A stretch of DNA of 64,000 nucleotides from Octopus sinensis (taxonomy: Eukaryota), in the NCBI RefSeq assembly GCF_006345805.1, contig NC_042997.1, positions 115,382,001-115,446,000 of the forward strand, in the 5' to 3' direction. A program made the position numbers and the translations under genes. Under the pieces are notes generated by a model, which was not told where the DNA came from, did no database searches, and saw only the letters and a program-made list of their open reading frames with translations. Of the stretch, positions 1 to 12,484 are shown in pieces (within the stretch, counting starts at the first letter, position 1; each line of letters begins with the position of its first letter).

Positions 1-93
1 ATGTATAATCTGTAATCATCATATACAAGAGTTACATTGTTAATTAATAAACGACTTAAATTATTGATTTACATTTATTTATATATGCTATTG

Positions 94-370
94 AGCGGAC
101 TCGCGGTCGGTGGATCGCGGTTTCGATTCCCAGACCGGGCGTTGTGTGTGTTTATTGAGCAAAAACACCTAAAAGCTCCACGAGGCTCTGGCAGGGGATG
201 GTGGCGACCCCTGTTGTACTCTTTGGCCACAACTTTCTCTCACTCTCTCTTCCCGTTTCTTGAGTAACGCTGCGATGGACTGGCGTCCCGTCCAGCTGGG
301 GAACATATACGCCACAGAAACCGGGAAACCGGGCCCATGAGCCTGGCTAGGCTTGAAAAGGGCGAAGTTT
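94..370 (+). mobile_element. tRNA-derived SINE, head type 1 with body A (5'-truncated)
   Basis: B-box-like GGTTTCGATTCCC; head matches 2671-2860 and 23330-23518; distinct 3' body GCTGCGATGGACTGGCGTCCCGTCCAG...CAGAAACCGGG. Confidence 0.8.
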
Positions 371-1003
371 ATCGTTTATATTTTATTGAAATGAAATGCG
401 CTATTTTCTTGCGGCTTTCGCCCCCTAAATAATGCGAATTTTCTGTACATTTACCTTTTCCACAATCTATATTTCCGTTCATCGTTTCACAAACTATTTC
501 GACCACAATTGCAGATCGGAAGAACAAACAAACGAGGTGGTTGCAAAAGCAGCAGTCCGATCAGATAGAAATAGCAGCAAAATTCTTTTCAAAATACCTC
601 AACATCTTCAATAAAGAAAACCGTACTTTGGACGATCTAACACTGGATTAATATCTCAAATGTCTTTCTTTCAGCTTAAAATTATAAGAATTGCAATATA
701 ACAAACGAAGCCAAAACATATTGGCGATAAGGCCATTAAATCGAAATCTGAGTGTATGTTGTTCCGAGTCTATGTATGTTATGTTGTTGCTTATTTATTC
801 GCTGTTCTGCTCAACAAAACACTCGTTTGTATAGTGGAGAGTATTTACAAAATTGTCATTTATAAATGAATGGAGATTCAGATGTCTCTGGAGATCAACT
901 AAATAGCGAATATGTTTATTGTAAAACTTCTTTGCAGAAGACACCATTTCACAACAATATGAAAAATACAGCGTACACATTTGAATAGCTATGGATGTGT
1001 GCG

Positions 1004-1041
<38 letters not shown>

Positions 1042-1142
1042 AGATAAGAAAATGGAGAAATACATCTAAATCAAATATCAATTACCAGATAATACTCAAT
1101 CACATACTTTATTAAACCACCACATAAGAGACTGTAGGGTTA

Positions 1143-1530
1143 TATGTGTGTGTGTGTGTGTTATATGTGTGTGCATGTGTGTATGTGTGTATGTGTGTAT
1201 AGGTATGAATGTATATATATATATATGTCACACACACAGCCTACAAAACATATATATATATATATATACATACAAACACACACACATATATATACATACT
1301 TACATATATATATATGTGTATGTGTGTGTATATGTTTATGTGTCTGTGTTTGTCCCCCCAACATCGCTTGACAACCGATGCTGTGTGTTTACGTCCCCGT
1401 AATTTAGCGGTTCGGTAAAAGAGACCGATAGAATAATCCTGGGGTCGATTCGTTCGACTACATGCGGTGCTCCAACATGGCCACAGTATAATGACAGAAA
1501 CAAGTAAAAGAGTAAAGAGTAAAGAGTAAT
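1143..1530 (+). mobile_element. CORE-like SINE (3' half with internal microsatellite)
   Basis: TGTTTGTCCCCCCAACATCGCTTGACAACCGATG...GACAGAAACAAG(TAAAAGAG)n, matches >20 copies in window. Confidence 0.8.
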
Positions 1531-1698
1531 ACATATATGTGTATATATGTATGCATATATATCTTCAGTGTATATTATCTCCGTGTGCGTATACGTATGT
1601 GTCGTTTGTGTGCATATACATATACATAAGCTCAAGGTATACATATCCTTCACGGCTTTATTCTCCTTCCACCTCGCTCTCTCTCTCTCTCCTCTCCC

Positions 1699-1731
<33 letters not shown>

Positions 1732-1856
1732 GCTCTTTCTCACAGATCAATTTTACTCTCGGATTTCTGGTTATTTCTTCCTCTCTTTTTCTGATTCTCC
1801 CTAATTCTTGTGCACACTTTCGTTTGTTTTATATACATCATTTCTTAAATACTCAA

Positions 1857-1931
<75 letters not shown>

Positions 1932-2292
1932 CCTGGGCCAATAATGGCCGAAACCTATCAAAGTATCAAAGTATATATATATATACATACACGTGTGTAT
2001 ATGTGTGTGTCTGTGTGAGTGTGTGTGCGTGCGTGTGTTTATATTTCGCATGGATTGATGGCTTTTATATTTTTGTTAGTCTGTATCGCTCTAAACTGCT
2101 GTCGTATAATCCGTCCAAGCCATTCAACTCCCGTAACTCCGTCTTTGTAATGGCGTCGATGAAATAATCCAGATGTGCAAGGGAAGTAACTGTTACCCAC
2201 AGTGGTTTAAAGTCGCATCATTTGTAGTTCTTTTGGGTGTTAAACTGTTTGCTTACAGATGTTTGTAGTATACGTGTTCCATGTGTGTTTAT

Positions 2293-2331
<39 letters not shown>

Positions 2332-2624
2332 GCGCTAAAATTTAAAAGAAAATACGCATGCACATACATACTGTACATGGGTGGGGTAGACGAAGATCAA
2401 GTAGGGACCTCCGGTATTTAAGTGTCGATGAGGTGTCAGAAATTGGAAACATAAATTGTTCTTGTGGCATGTTTAAACAGTAGCGGAGTAGATGGATATC
2501 GTCGGATGAGAAATCATGTGGGGCGGGCATGCACGGTTAGGCTGTGGTGGTGGTGGTTGTGGGGTGAGGGAATATATGCATACACACACAGACACAGACA
2601 CACACACACACACATACACACACA

Positions 2625-2666
<42 letters not shown>

Positions 2667-2670
2667 ATAT

Positions 2671-2976
2671 GGAGGCGCAATACCCCAGTGGTTAGGGCAG
2701 TGGTCTTGCGGTTGTAGGATCGCGGCTTCGATTCCCAGACCGGGCGTTGTGAGTATTTATTGAGCGAAAACACCCAAAGCTCCATGAGGCTCCGGCAGGG
2801 GGTGGTGGCGATCCCTGCTGTACTCTTTCGCCACAACTTTCTCTCACTCTTTCTTCTGTTGGCCTGCTCGCTTAGCCAGCGGGATGGCGTCATTTGAAGG
2901 CTAAAACAATGCGAAGCGCATTGTGACCAGCGATGTGTAGCAACATCTGATAGCCTAGTCAGTCACGGTGACTGTG
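2671..2976 (+). mobile_element. tRNA-derived SINE, head type 1 with body B (full length)
   Basis: GGAGGCGCAATACCCCAGTGGTTAGGG (A box) ... GGCTTCGATTCCC (B box); body TGGCGTCATTTGAAGGCTAAAACAATGCGAAGCGCATTGTGACCAGCG. Confidence 0.8.
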
Positions 2977-3148
2977 ATTCTCCTTCTTTCTGTGTTTTTT
3001 TCTCTCTGTGTATCTTTCTGTTGAAGAGCGTAGGCTCGAAACGTTAAAGACTTGTTTTATTTATATTTCCTGAGCGCCATACTAATACAATTGTTTGTTT
3101 GTTTTCCACCTGCTTTCGTCTTTTGTCTATTTTCATAAAGCTTCCCGT
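2977..3148 (+). mobile_element. Solo 3'-terminal segment of Neptune PLE (subfamily A) with hammerhead motif
   Basis: Near-identical to reverse complement of 33344-33520, the 3' end of the PLE at 33-37 kb; ends GCTTCCCGT then (TA)n. Confidence 0.8.
3013..3050 (+). ncRNA. Minimal type I hammerhead ribozyme, variant core CUGUUGA
   Basis: TCTTT-CTGTTGA-A-GAGC(GTAG)GCTC-GAAAC-GTT-AAAGA: 5-bp stem I, 4-bp stem II, palindromic AACGTT stem III. Confidence 0.6.
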
Positions 3149-3196
3149 TATATAATATATATATATATATATTATATATAATATATATATTATATA

Positions 3197-3274
<78 letters not shown>

Positions 3275-3340
3275 CATATATATATATATATGTATATATA
3301 TATTATATATTATATATAATATATAATATATATATACATA

Positions 3341-3374
<34 letters not shown>

Positions 3375-3413
3375 TATATATTATATATATTATATATATA
3401 TATATATATATAT

Positions 3414-3454
<41 letters not shown>

Positions 3455-3464
3455 TATATATATA
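3149..3464. repeat. (TA)n array
   Basis: about 315 bp imperfect TA repeat. Confidence 0.95.
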
Positions 3465-4269
3465 GGTGGAGAGTGGCTAGTAAGAAGTTTGCTTCTCAAC
3501 CACATGCTTCCGAGTTCAGTTCCACTGCGAGGCACCTTGGGCTAAGATCTTCTACTATAAACTTGTGAGTAGGTTTGGTAGACGGAGACTGATGTTTTCT
3601 TTGGGTTATGTTATATCCTTATGGATAAACGAATCCACTGCGACAGTGTAATAACAATATAGTCGAAACAAACGGCAGTAATGGCAAGGAACGTAACAAC
3701 AATCCAACACGCTAACTCCAGCTGTAAATTTTGAACTCCAGATTTAAATTGTCAAAACACGAACTGTGGAACTAGCCCGGTGATTTTATTAAAGCTACAG
3801 GTGTTAAACAAAGAGGGGACAATACACGGGACAAATAGGGGTCGAGGACTTGTCGGATGAGATTACATACAGTGAATAAAAATATTATTTCTGCGAATGA
3901 AAATGAAAGAATGAATGGACGCGGAATGGGTTTGAACCCACCGACCACATTCCTACGTTGAACCGCCCTTTCCCCCCCACCCCGCTTAATTAGGCACTTA
4001 CGTACTCAACATTCCACGCGTTTTTTCTTCAGACGTGCTTTCCTTCTTAGGTGATATAAAAAGAGTAACCTCACTCACTCAGAACGCTACTATTTATATG
4101 TAGTGGTCCAGTCTATTCTCGCTAGGTGGCGTCTCACTCTCGCACAACAGGTTAAAAGGTAGTAATATAGTTTCTGGATAGAACACCCACCCTATGTTGG
4201 CAAAGAAACTCTACTGTTTAAAAATTTTAAAACCAGTTATTTTGCTCGTTATATATATATAATATATAT

Positions 4270-4326
<57 letters not shown>

Positions 4327-4429
4327 AAAAAAGGTTTGAAAATGCAATTTAAACGATGTTTATTTACTTAACCGTTTCACTCTTTGGTAAAAGATTGTCA
4401 AAAGTTACATTTAAGGAAACATTGAATAA

Positions 4430-4720
4430 TATGGGTTCAAAAAAAGTTTTTTACATAATTGTCACATTGAATATTATGCATTCAAAAAAGTATTTACATA
4501 ATTGTCACATTGGATATTATGAATTCAAAAATGTTTTTTTATACATAATTGTCACATTACATGTATAAATATAGTGTTTGGTAACAGAGAAGTTCAATAG
4601 TGTGATGAGAAATTTGGGAATTTGGCAGAAAAGGATAAAACAAATATATTATTGGGAATTGGTTGCGTTAATTATTGGTTGTCGCAAATTGTCACATTAC
4701 ATGTATATATATACAATCTT
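4430..4720. repeat. Short tandem repeat, about 45-bp unit with core TACATAATTGTCACATT
   Basis: AATTGTCACATT occurs at about 4457, 4500, 4547 and 4688. Confidence 0.7.
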
Positions 4721-4979
4721 CGGTATATATATACAGCCTTTTGACAGCAAAAATTAAAATGGATTTTTTATACATCTCAGAATATTTTAAGTACAAGGCG
4801 AGAATATGTTTTTACTGACCTGTTGGTATTAGCAGAAAGGCTGAACTGAGAGAACAGAGGAAGTAGCCAATGTGGTGTATACTTCCCCTTTATGCATGAA
4901 TGATTTTGGGTTATCAGAGGTTAGTATGCGGGTGTGAATAGATGTGTCCGTGCCCGCGGTCAGATAGCGTCTGTTTGTC

Positions 4980-6007
4980 ACACACATATATACACCCACA
5001 CACACACACACACACAACAACACACACACACACACACATAGTAAACAAACACACACCACATACAAACACACACACACACACACAGAACACACACACCACA
5101 CACAACGCACCCACATATATCACATATACACACAGCACACATATAATATGTATCTATATATAACATACACAGATATATAACACACATACACAGACACAAC
5201 CACACACACACACACACACCACACACACCACACGCACACATACATACATAATATAAATATCACACAATACACCTAGCATATATATACACACATACAATAC
5301 ACACATACAGCATGTAAGTAATATACATACACAATATATGCATGCAATATACATACGCAGTACATACATATATATATATATATAGACAATGCATATACAT
5401 ATATACACATATACATATAAATAGTGTTTACATACACATACATAGATGTACCACATATACACACAATACCATACATACAACGCATACACATACACGTACG
5501 CATACATATAATATATATATACACACACACACATAACATACATACACAATGTATACAATATATACACGCAATGCACATACATGTATTCATGCACATATAG
5601 CACACCTACATATACATATATACACTGCACACATACACACACATATATACACTAATTGTACACATACATATACAATACACATACATACAATATACATATA
5701 CACAATGCGCATGCAAATAATGTACATGTTTATACACACATAAACAAGCAAATAAATATACACACACACACATACACACACACACACATATATATACACA
5801 TATATATATATATATATATACACACATACATACATACATATAACACATACATTATTTTTTCACACACATCACATACATATATATATATATAAAAAATTCA
5901 CCCCCCCCACACAAATTACAACCTATAGCGTACACACTCAAATATATCTCTACAAGCCGCACACACACACAAACAAGTACTAACATATACACACATACCA
6001 TGCATAT

Positions 6008-6056
<49 letters not shown>

Positions 6057-6345
6057 AAAACAAATACACATGTAAATACATACATACGTACAAATGCTCA
6101 CACCACACACCATACACACACACCCGTACACAGTGCACACACACACACATATATACACACGTGCACACACACATACACACAACGCGCGCGCACGCACACA
6201 CATACACACACACGCACACAGTGCACACACACACACATATATATATACACCCGCGCACACACACACACAACGTGCACACACACACCACACACACACACCA
6301 ACACACACACAACACTCACCACATACATCACCTACATATATATAA
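4980..6345. repeat. Mosaic (CA)/(TA)/(TACA) microsatellite field
   Basis: direct inspection; source of many spurious HT/YI/CV ORFs. Confidence 0.9.
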
Positions 6346-6496
6346 TGCATGCGTGTGCATGCCACGTATGTGTGCGGTCAATGCCCGCTAGTGTGTCCTA
6401 TGCGTGCCGATGCGCGCATGTGCCCGCCCGCACGATATGCTGTGAGCGTGCGCGCGTCCCTGTGTGCTTGCTCTGGATGTGTTTCCAGGGGGTATG

Positions 6497-8773
6497 TTAG
6501 AGTATGTTTAGTTGTGGTCTGTATTTTTGAATAAGATTACTTTCCTTATTTATTCGTGTTTGGTCTGTGGTGTTGTCCGAGCATTGGTATAGTGGGAAGA
6601 CTAAGATTTGGGGGACTTATTGTGTGCACAAAGGTCTAAGTGTCCACTTAGTGGTATCTGTCTTGTGGAGGGGTCCCTCAGTTGTTGTCGGTGAACTGTC
6701 ATTCTGTCTCTGAGGGTAAGGCTCGTTTGCCCTATGTAATCTTCGTGGCATCCTTCACACCTTATGACGTAGAGTAAATTTTTTGATGCGCACGTGAAAT
6801 TATTTTTTATGATGAATGTGTGTCCCGAGTGGAACTTGTACGATGATCCCTCAATGAGGTGGATGCAGGTCTTGCAGTTGGGGCGACCACATTTTTTGAT
6901 GGTGGGCGGTGGGTTTGTGTTGTGTAATTTTGCGTTGGTGAGGAGGTTTTTTAGGGATTTAGGTTGTCTCTTACTTTTTATTATTTTATGAGCTGCCAGT
7001 ATTTTTTTCAGGCGTGGGTCTTGATTTAGTTGTGGAATGTTGTTGTATATAATAGTGTAAGCTTCTGCATTCCTTGGGTTGTGTGTTGAGAGATAAGGGA
7101 GGCTATTGACTGTACTGTGGATGTGTTTGGGTTTTCGAAGGTCTTGAATGTTGATTGATTTGGCCCGTTCTATTCCGTTGTCTACTAGTGATGCCGGGTA
7201 ATGTCTTTCGAGAAGAATTGCCCTTAGTTCCCGGAGTCTTCTATTTCGTGTTGTGTCATTTGAGACAATAGTGCAGATTCTTCTCGCTAGGTTGAAGGGG
7301 ATATTTGTCTTTGGTGTGTTTTGGGTGATTGGAGGTGAATAGAAGGTATTGTTTAGAGTCAGTGGGTTTGTAATGGATGTCAGTTTCAATGTTGACGCCT
7401 TTTTTAATGATTAGGATGTCAAGAAAAGGGAGTTGGTCCTGACTATATTCCATTGTGAATTGAATGTTGTTATTTACACTGTTGATAAGGTTTTTGAAGT
7501 CTATAAGTTGGTCGAGTGTGTGGGACCATAGGATGAGGCAATCATCTAAGTAGCGTTTCCAGTTCTCCAACAGGTATTTGTGGAAAGACTGGCCGTACTT
7601 ATATTTGGATTTTTCATAGATATGTGATTCCAGGTAGGCCATCACCAGGTTTGCATAGGTAGGTGCAACTTTCGTACCCATTGCAGTACCTGAGACCTGT
7701 CTGTAAGTGTTGTTGTGGAAATACATGAAGTTGTTTTGCAGAATAAATTTGAGGCCCTCAATTATGAATTCTTTTTTAATTCTTTCCGGGATCTCATTGG
7801 GATATTTATCCAGCCAGAATTTAATGGCTTCCAGTCCAAATTCATGTGGGATTGTGGTGTAAAGATTAATAACATCAAAAGAAACGATTAAGGTGTCTTT
7901 ATCGGCATGTTTGGGGAGATGGTTTAATAGGTCCAGGTCATCTCTTACAATACTTGGAATGTGTTTCAGTATTGGCTTTAAGATGATATCTATAAAGTTG
8001 CTAAGTCTGTGTGTTTCACAACTTGGGCCTGCCACTATTGGTCTCAGTTTGAGATCAGTGGGATGTGGTATAGTGATGCAGGTTGAAGTGGACGTTTTGC
8101 AAGCTTCTGTGATAATTTGACTCTTGTGTATTTTTGGAAGCCCATAGAGTGTGCTGGTTTTGCAATTAAATTTAGTAATGTAGTCGCATTCCTTTGCTGT
8201 CAAGTCATTCCCTTGTTGGTAAATGAGTGCCTTCAGATTGGTCATTGTTTTGGATTGCTGGTAGTCGACTACTCTTTCGTAGTATGTGGTATCCTCTAAA
8301 AGGAGAGATACAGAGTTTTTATATTGCTCAGTATTCATAACAACGACCGTACTACCCTTATCAGCTTCCTTTATTGTGACGTCATGATTGTCTCGTAGCG
8401 TATGGATGATTTCCCATTCTCTTTTACTGGTGTTGGGTTTCAGTTTAGGTTGTGGGAGTTCACCATAAGGGAAGTTGGAGATGTAATCGCAAAATTTGTC
8501 TAAGGTTTTGTTTTTGCCTTTTATGGGATTATAGTTGCTTTTGTTACAGACCATTGATTCGTCGATATTATTAGTTTTCCTGTCAAAAAATTCCTCTGTG
8601 AGGCGTAATTTTCTGCAAAAGTGCGAGATGTCATCCTGTATTTCCCTCAGGTTAGGGTATTGCGGAGTTGGGGTGAATTTTAGTCCTCTTGAAAGGATTT
8701 TTATTTGTGGTGTCGACAGGTTTAGGTTAGAAAGATTCACTATTTTTGGTTTTTCGGGGTTGGTATCTACCAT
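6497..8773 (-). pseudogene. Penelope-like element (Neptune-type) RT plus GIY-YIG ORF with two frameshifts
   Basis: VNLS..GLKFTPTP, LYGLPKIHK, LRPIVAG, SFDVINLY, GTAMGTKVAPTYANL, RYLDD, LPFLDI; C-x4-C-x2-C linker CGRPNCKTC; YVIRC..YIGQT..R; frameshifts near 7295 and 6605; C-terminus LVFPLYQC...RINKE...PQLNIL stop at 6497. Confidence 0.95.
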
Positions 8774-8984
8774 CTGGTGTCGTGGAAACTGATGCCCTTG
8801 CCTAAAAAAGGAATCCTGGGGGTTCTTCTATTTGCGGTATTTTGCTGTATGTGATTCTGTCCCCCGTTGACATGTCTGTTTTGAAGAGGTTTTGGTTGTT
8901 GTGATTCTGTCCCCCGTTGCTATGTTGTCTGTTGAGAGGTTTTGGTTGTTCCAGGGTCTGGGTTGTTTTGTGTGTATATATATA

Positions 8985-9170
8985 TGTATCTCTTGAGCAC
9001 ACCCAGCTCAATATTTTTCCTCTGTCTTCCCTTCTTGGGATCTTTCCTTCTCCTTGTTTCCGACGAAGAGCTCCGCTCGAAACGTTAAACCCTCCTTCCC
9101 TTCTTTCCACGTCCTGCGTTGCTGTGTTTTTTTCTCTTTTTTCTGTGTTTTCTTGTTTGGATTACACACA
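8985..9170 (+). mobile_element. PLE terminal repeat (family C) with hammerhead motif, inverted relative to the adjacent PLE ORF
   Basis: GTTT-CCGACGA-A-GAGC(TCC)GCTC-GAAAC-GTT-AAAC at 9056-9090; downstream sequence similar to reverse complement of 46300-46440. Confidence 0.6.
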
Positions 9171-9399
9171 CACACACACAGATAATAAAAAGAAATGGAG
9201 CAACAATTAACAATTAGAAGTTGATCATTGGTATTAAAAGGTCATAGTTTAATTGTAGTTCAAGAACATTTACAGTTGTTTCAGTTTGTTATTTCGAAGT
9301 AAATTTGCATTTATCTCGTTCCATTTAGCAATTGCTAATTGTTGCTCCATTTCATTTTCCTATCCGAATATAATTAAACTACGGTTTTACCATTTAAAT

Positions 9400-9680
9400 T
9401 ACCAGCCTTATAGCGAGGTCTATGCATAGTGAGGTAATACACCAATAGTGCCTACAGATACATTTATCTCTCAGACGGTTGCATAACCTCTGCCATGATA
9501 GATCGTTAGTCACAACACACATTTTTTTTCTCTCCTTGTTTTTTCTGTGTCCCTTTCTGTAGAAGAGCGTAGGCTCGAAACGTAAAAGACTTTTTCTATT
9601 CCTGAGCGTTATACTAATACATTTGTTTGTTTTGTACACCACCTGTCTTCGTCTTTTGTTTATTTTCGTAAACTTTCCCT
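9400..9680 (+). mobile_element. Solo PLE 3'-terminal segment (subfamily B) with hammerhead motif
   Basis: CTTT-CTGTAGA-A-GAGC(GTAG)GCTC-GAAAC-GTA-AAAG at 9553-9588; ends in (TA)n at 9681. Confidence 0.75.
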
Positions 9681-10048
9681 ATATATATATATATATATAT
9701 ATGAATGTGTGTGTGTGTGTTCATATTTATTCCTCTCACCGCTTGACCACCGGTGTTGGTGTGTTTATGTCTCTTTAACTTAGAGGTTCGGCAAAAAAGA
9801 CCGATAGAATAATTACCTGGCTTCAAAGAAAAAAAGAGTACAGGCCTTATTCATTCGCCTAAAAATTCTTCAAGATGCTGCCCCAGCATGCGCTTCGGTA
9901 AAAGGGACCGATAGAATAAATATTAGGCTTACAAAGAATAAATCCGGGGATTCGAATTCTTCGAGTAAAAAACGCTTTAAGGCTGTGCTCCAGCATGACC
10001 GTAGCCAAATGGCTGTAACAAGTAAAAGAATAAAAGAATATATATTTA

Positions 10049-10215
10049 GGCTCAGGAGTGGCTGTGGGGTAAGTAGCTTACTTACGAACCACATGGTTCC
10101 AGGTTCAGTCCCACTGAGTGACACCTTGGGTAAGTGTCTTCTACTATAGCCTCGTGCCGACCAAAGCCTTGTCAGTGGATTTGGTTGACGGAAACTGAAA
10201 GAAGCCCGTCGTATA

Positions 10216-10254
<39 letters not shown>

Positions 10255-10436
10255 ATGCATGTGTGTGTATATGTTTGTGTTTACGTCCCGTAACTTAGGG
10301 TTTCGGCAAAAGAAACCGATAGAATAAGTTCTAGGCTTAAAAGAATAAGTCCTGGGGGTCGATTTGCTCGACTAAAGGCGGTGCTCCAGCATGGCCACAG
10401 TCAAATGACTGAAACAAGTAAAAGAGAGTAAAAGAG
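10049..10436 (+). mobile_element. CORE-like tRNA-derived SINE, full length
   Basis: GGAGTGGCTGTGGGGTAAG...GGTTCAGTCCC...ACCTTGGGTAAGTGTCTT (CORE-like), internal (TA)/(TG) tract, TAAAAGAG tail. Confidence 0.85.
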
Positions 10437-10478
10437 TATATATATATATATATAATATATATATATTATATATATATA

Positions 10479-10523
<45 letters not shown>

Positions 10524-11064
10524 TACACATATCACATACGCACATACGTATATGAACGCACACACACAGATACATCGATATATACATATTCATCATTAAC
10601 ACACAGGTGTATGTGCGTATGCATCTATCTAATTACACACGCAAACACAACATCTCTACACAGCAGTTTTTGTGTGTGTCAGCGTATCTTCAAATCCATT
10701 CTCCTGTCTGTTTTAAGACGTATTAAGTAATTTCTCAGTCATCCCTGACTCCTTACAACTTGATATTCTCCAGACATCACAACATACGAGAGCGTAATAT
10801 CGCAGTTACCTCCCTCCACTACAAAGCGTGGAAGCTGAGCAGAATTAATGGCGATTCTGCAGCGGCACAGCTTGCAAGGTAATATAAAAGAGTATTTAAG
10901 GCAAAATATAACACATGTTCCTCGTTAGATCGTTTGTAATGTGGTTAGTAAACATTATCACCTGTAAGTTTACAGCAGGTTTCGTTAGGGATAATGTTTC
11001 TTGTTTAGATGAGAAATAAACCTGCCTGTCTGTCGGTCCACCGGCCAGCCTGCCCACCTCTTCC

Positions 11065-11065
11065 A

Positions 11066-11149
<84 letters not shown>

Positions 11150-11220
11150 GTCTGTCTATCCATCTGTCTGTCTGTCCGTCCGTCCGTCTGTCTCTCTGTC
11201 CGTCTATCTGTCTGTTAGTC
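11065..11220. repeat. (TATC)n/(TGTC)n array
   Basis: direct inspection. Confidence 0.9.
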
Positions 11221-11715
11221 TGTCTGCACAACTACCTACCTCTCTGTCTACTTATAAACTTGTGTACCTACCTATGAATGCACGTACGTACGTACCTACT
11301 TACCTACTACTTACCCACCTTCCTATCTAATCTGCATATCTGTCTGTCTGTTTGTCCATAAAACATTCTAATTTTCTCCCAACCAACGTATCTACCCAGC
11401 CACTTAACTACCACCCCTACTTGCCTACCTGATAGCTTACTTGCCTCTCTACCTACCTATCTACCTAACTACCTACATACCTACCTACCAACCTTTCTAC
11501 TACCTCTCTCTCTCTCTTCTCTCCCTCTCTCTCTCTCTCCCCTCTCTCTATCTTTCTATCGTAAACGTACCAACTACGGTTTTCAAACGGTGGTTGACAG
11601 ACATATAGTCACACACACACGCGCACGCACACACACACGCACGCACACACACGCGCACGCACACACACGCGCACGCACACACACGCGCACGCACACACAC
11701 GCGCACGCACACACA

Positions 11716-12330
11716 GATGTGACAGGCTTCTTCCAGTTTCCATCAACCAAATCCACTCACAAGGCTGGCTTTGGTCGGCCCGACGCAATAGTAGAAGACA
11801 CTCTCCCAAGGTGCCATGCAGTGGGACTGAACCCGGAACAATGTGGTTAGGAAGCGAACTTTTTACCACTCGGCCAAGCCTGGGGGAAAAAATAATAAAT
11901 GGTTAGATATACGGTTTAAACAACCACGACCACGGTATTATACTTACCTCACTTTCTCTACACATTTCCATTTGAAATTCCGAGAGTTCTTTCCCTTGTC
12001 CGTTTTGAGAATAATTTTTATTAACCTTTCTGACATTTCTCAATACGGTTATACTTTCACCCGATCGATCGTCACCTTAACTTTAGTAGCTTCTACACAT
12101 AAGAGAGGCAGGTAGCATCGTATAAACCTTTTTCTTGTTTTATACGTTTGACTGCGGCCATGCTGGGGCATCAGTTGAAAGGCTTTTAGTCGAACAAATC
12201 GAGCCTAGGAATTATTTTTTTTTATAAAGCTTGGTACTTATTCTATCGGTGAAACCCTAAGTTACGGAAACGTAAACACACCAACACCGGTTGTCAAGCG
12301 GTGGTGGGGGACAAATGCAGACACAAAGAC
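11716..12330 (-). mobile_element. Two CORE-like SINE fragments (5' half 11716-11885; 3' half 12135-12330)
   Basis: match to family consensus. Confidence 0.7.
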
Positions 12331-12484
12331 TCACATACATAGATATATATGCACACACACACATATACATGTATGTATATATACGTACGTATGTATGTAT
12401 GTATGTATGTATGTATGTATGTATGTATGTATGTATGTATGTATGTATGTATGTATGTATGTATGTTTGTATGAATAATATATA

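Noticed and set aside
4111-4140. CTCF-like motif TCGCTAGGTGGCGT
   Set aside because: Single short imperfect match; expected by chance without ChIP or conservation data
4781-4920. AG...GTTAGT exon-like segment
   Set aside because: Stops in all three frames
4870-4920. Hammerhead-like CTGATAA-CCC...GGG-GAAG-TATAC on the minus strand
   Set aside because: Two core mismatches and no stem I pairing
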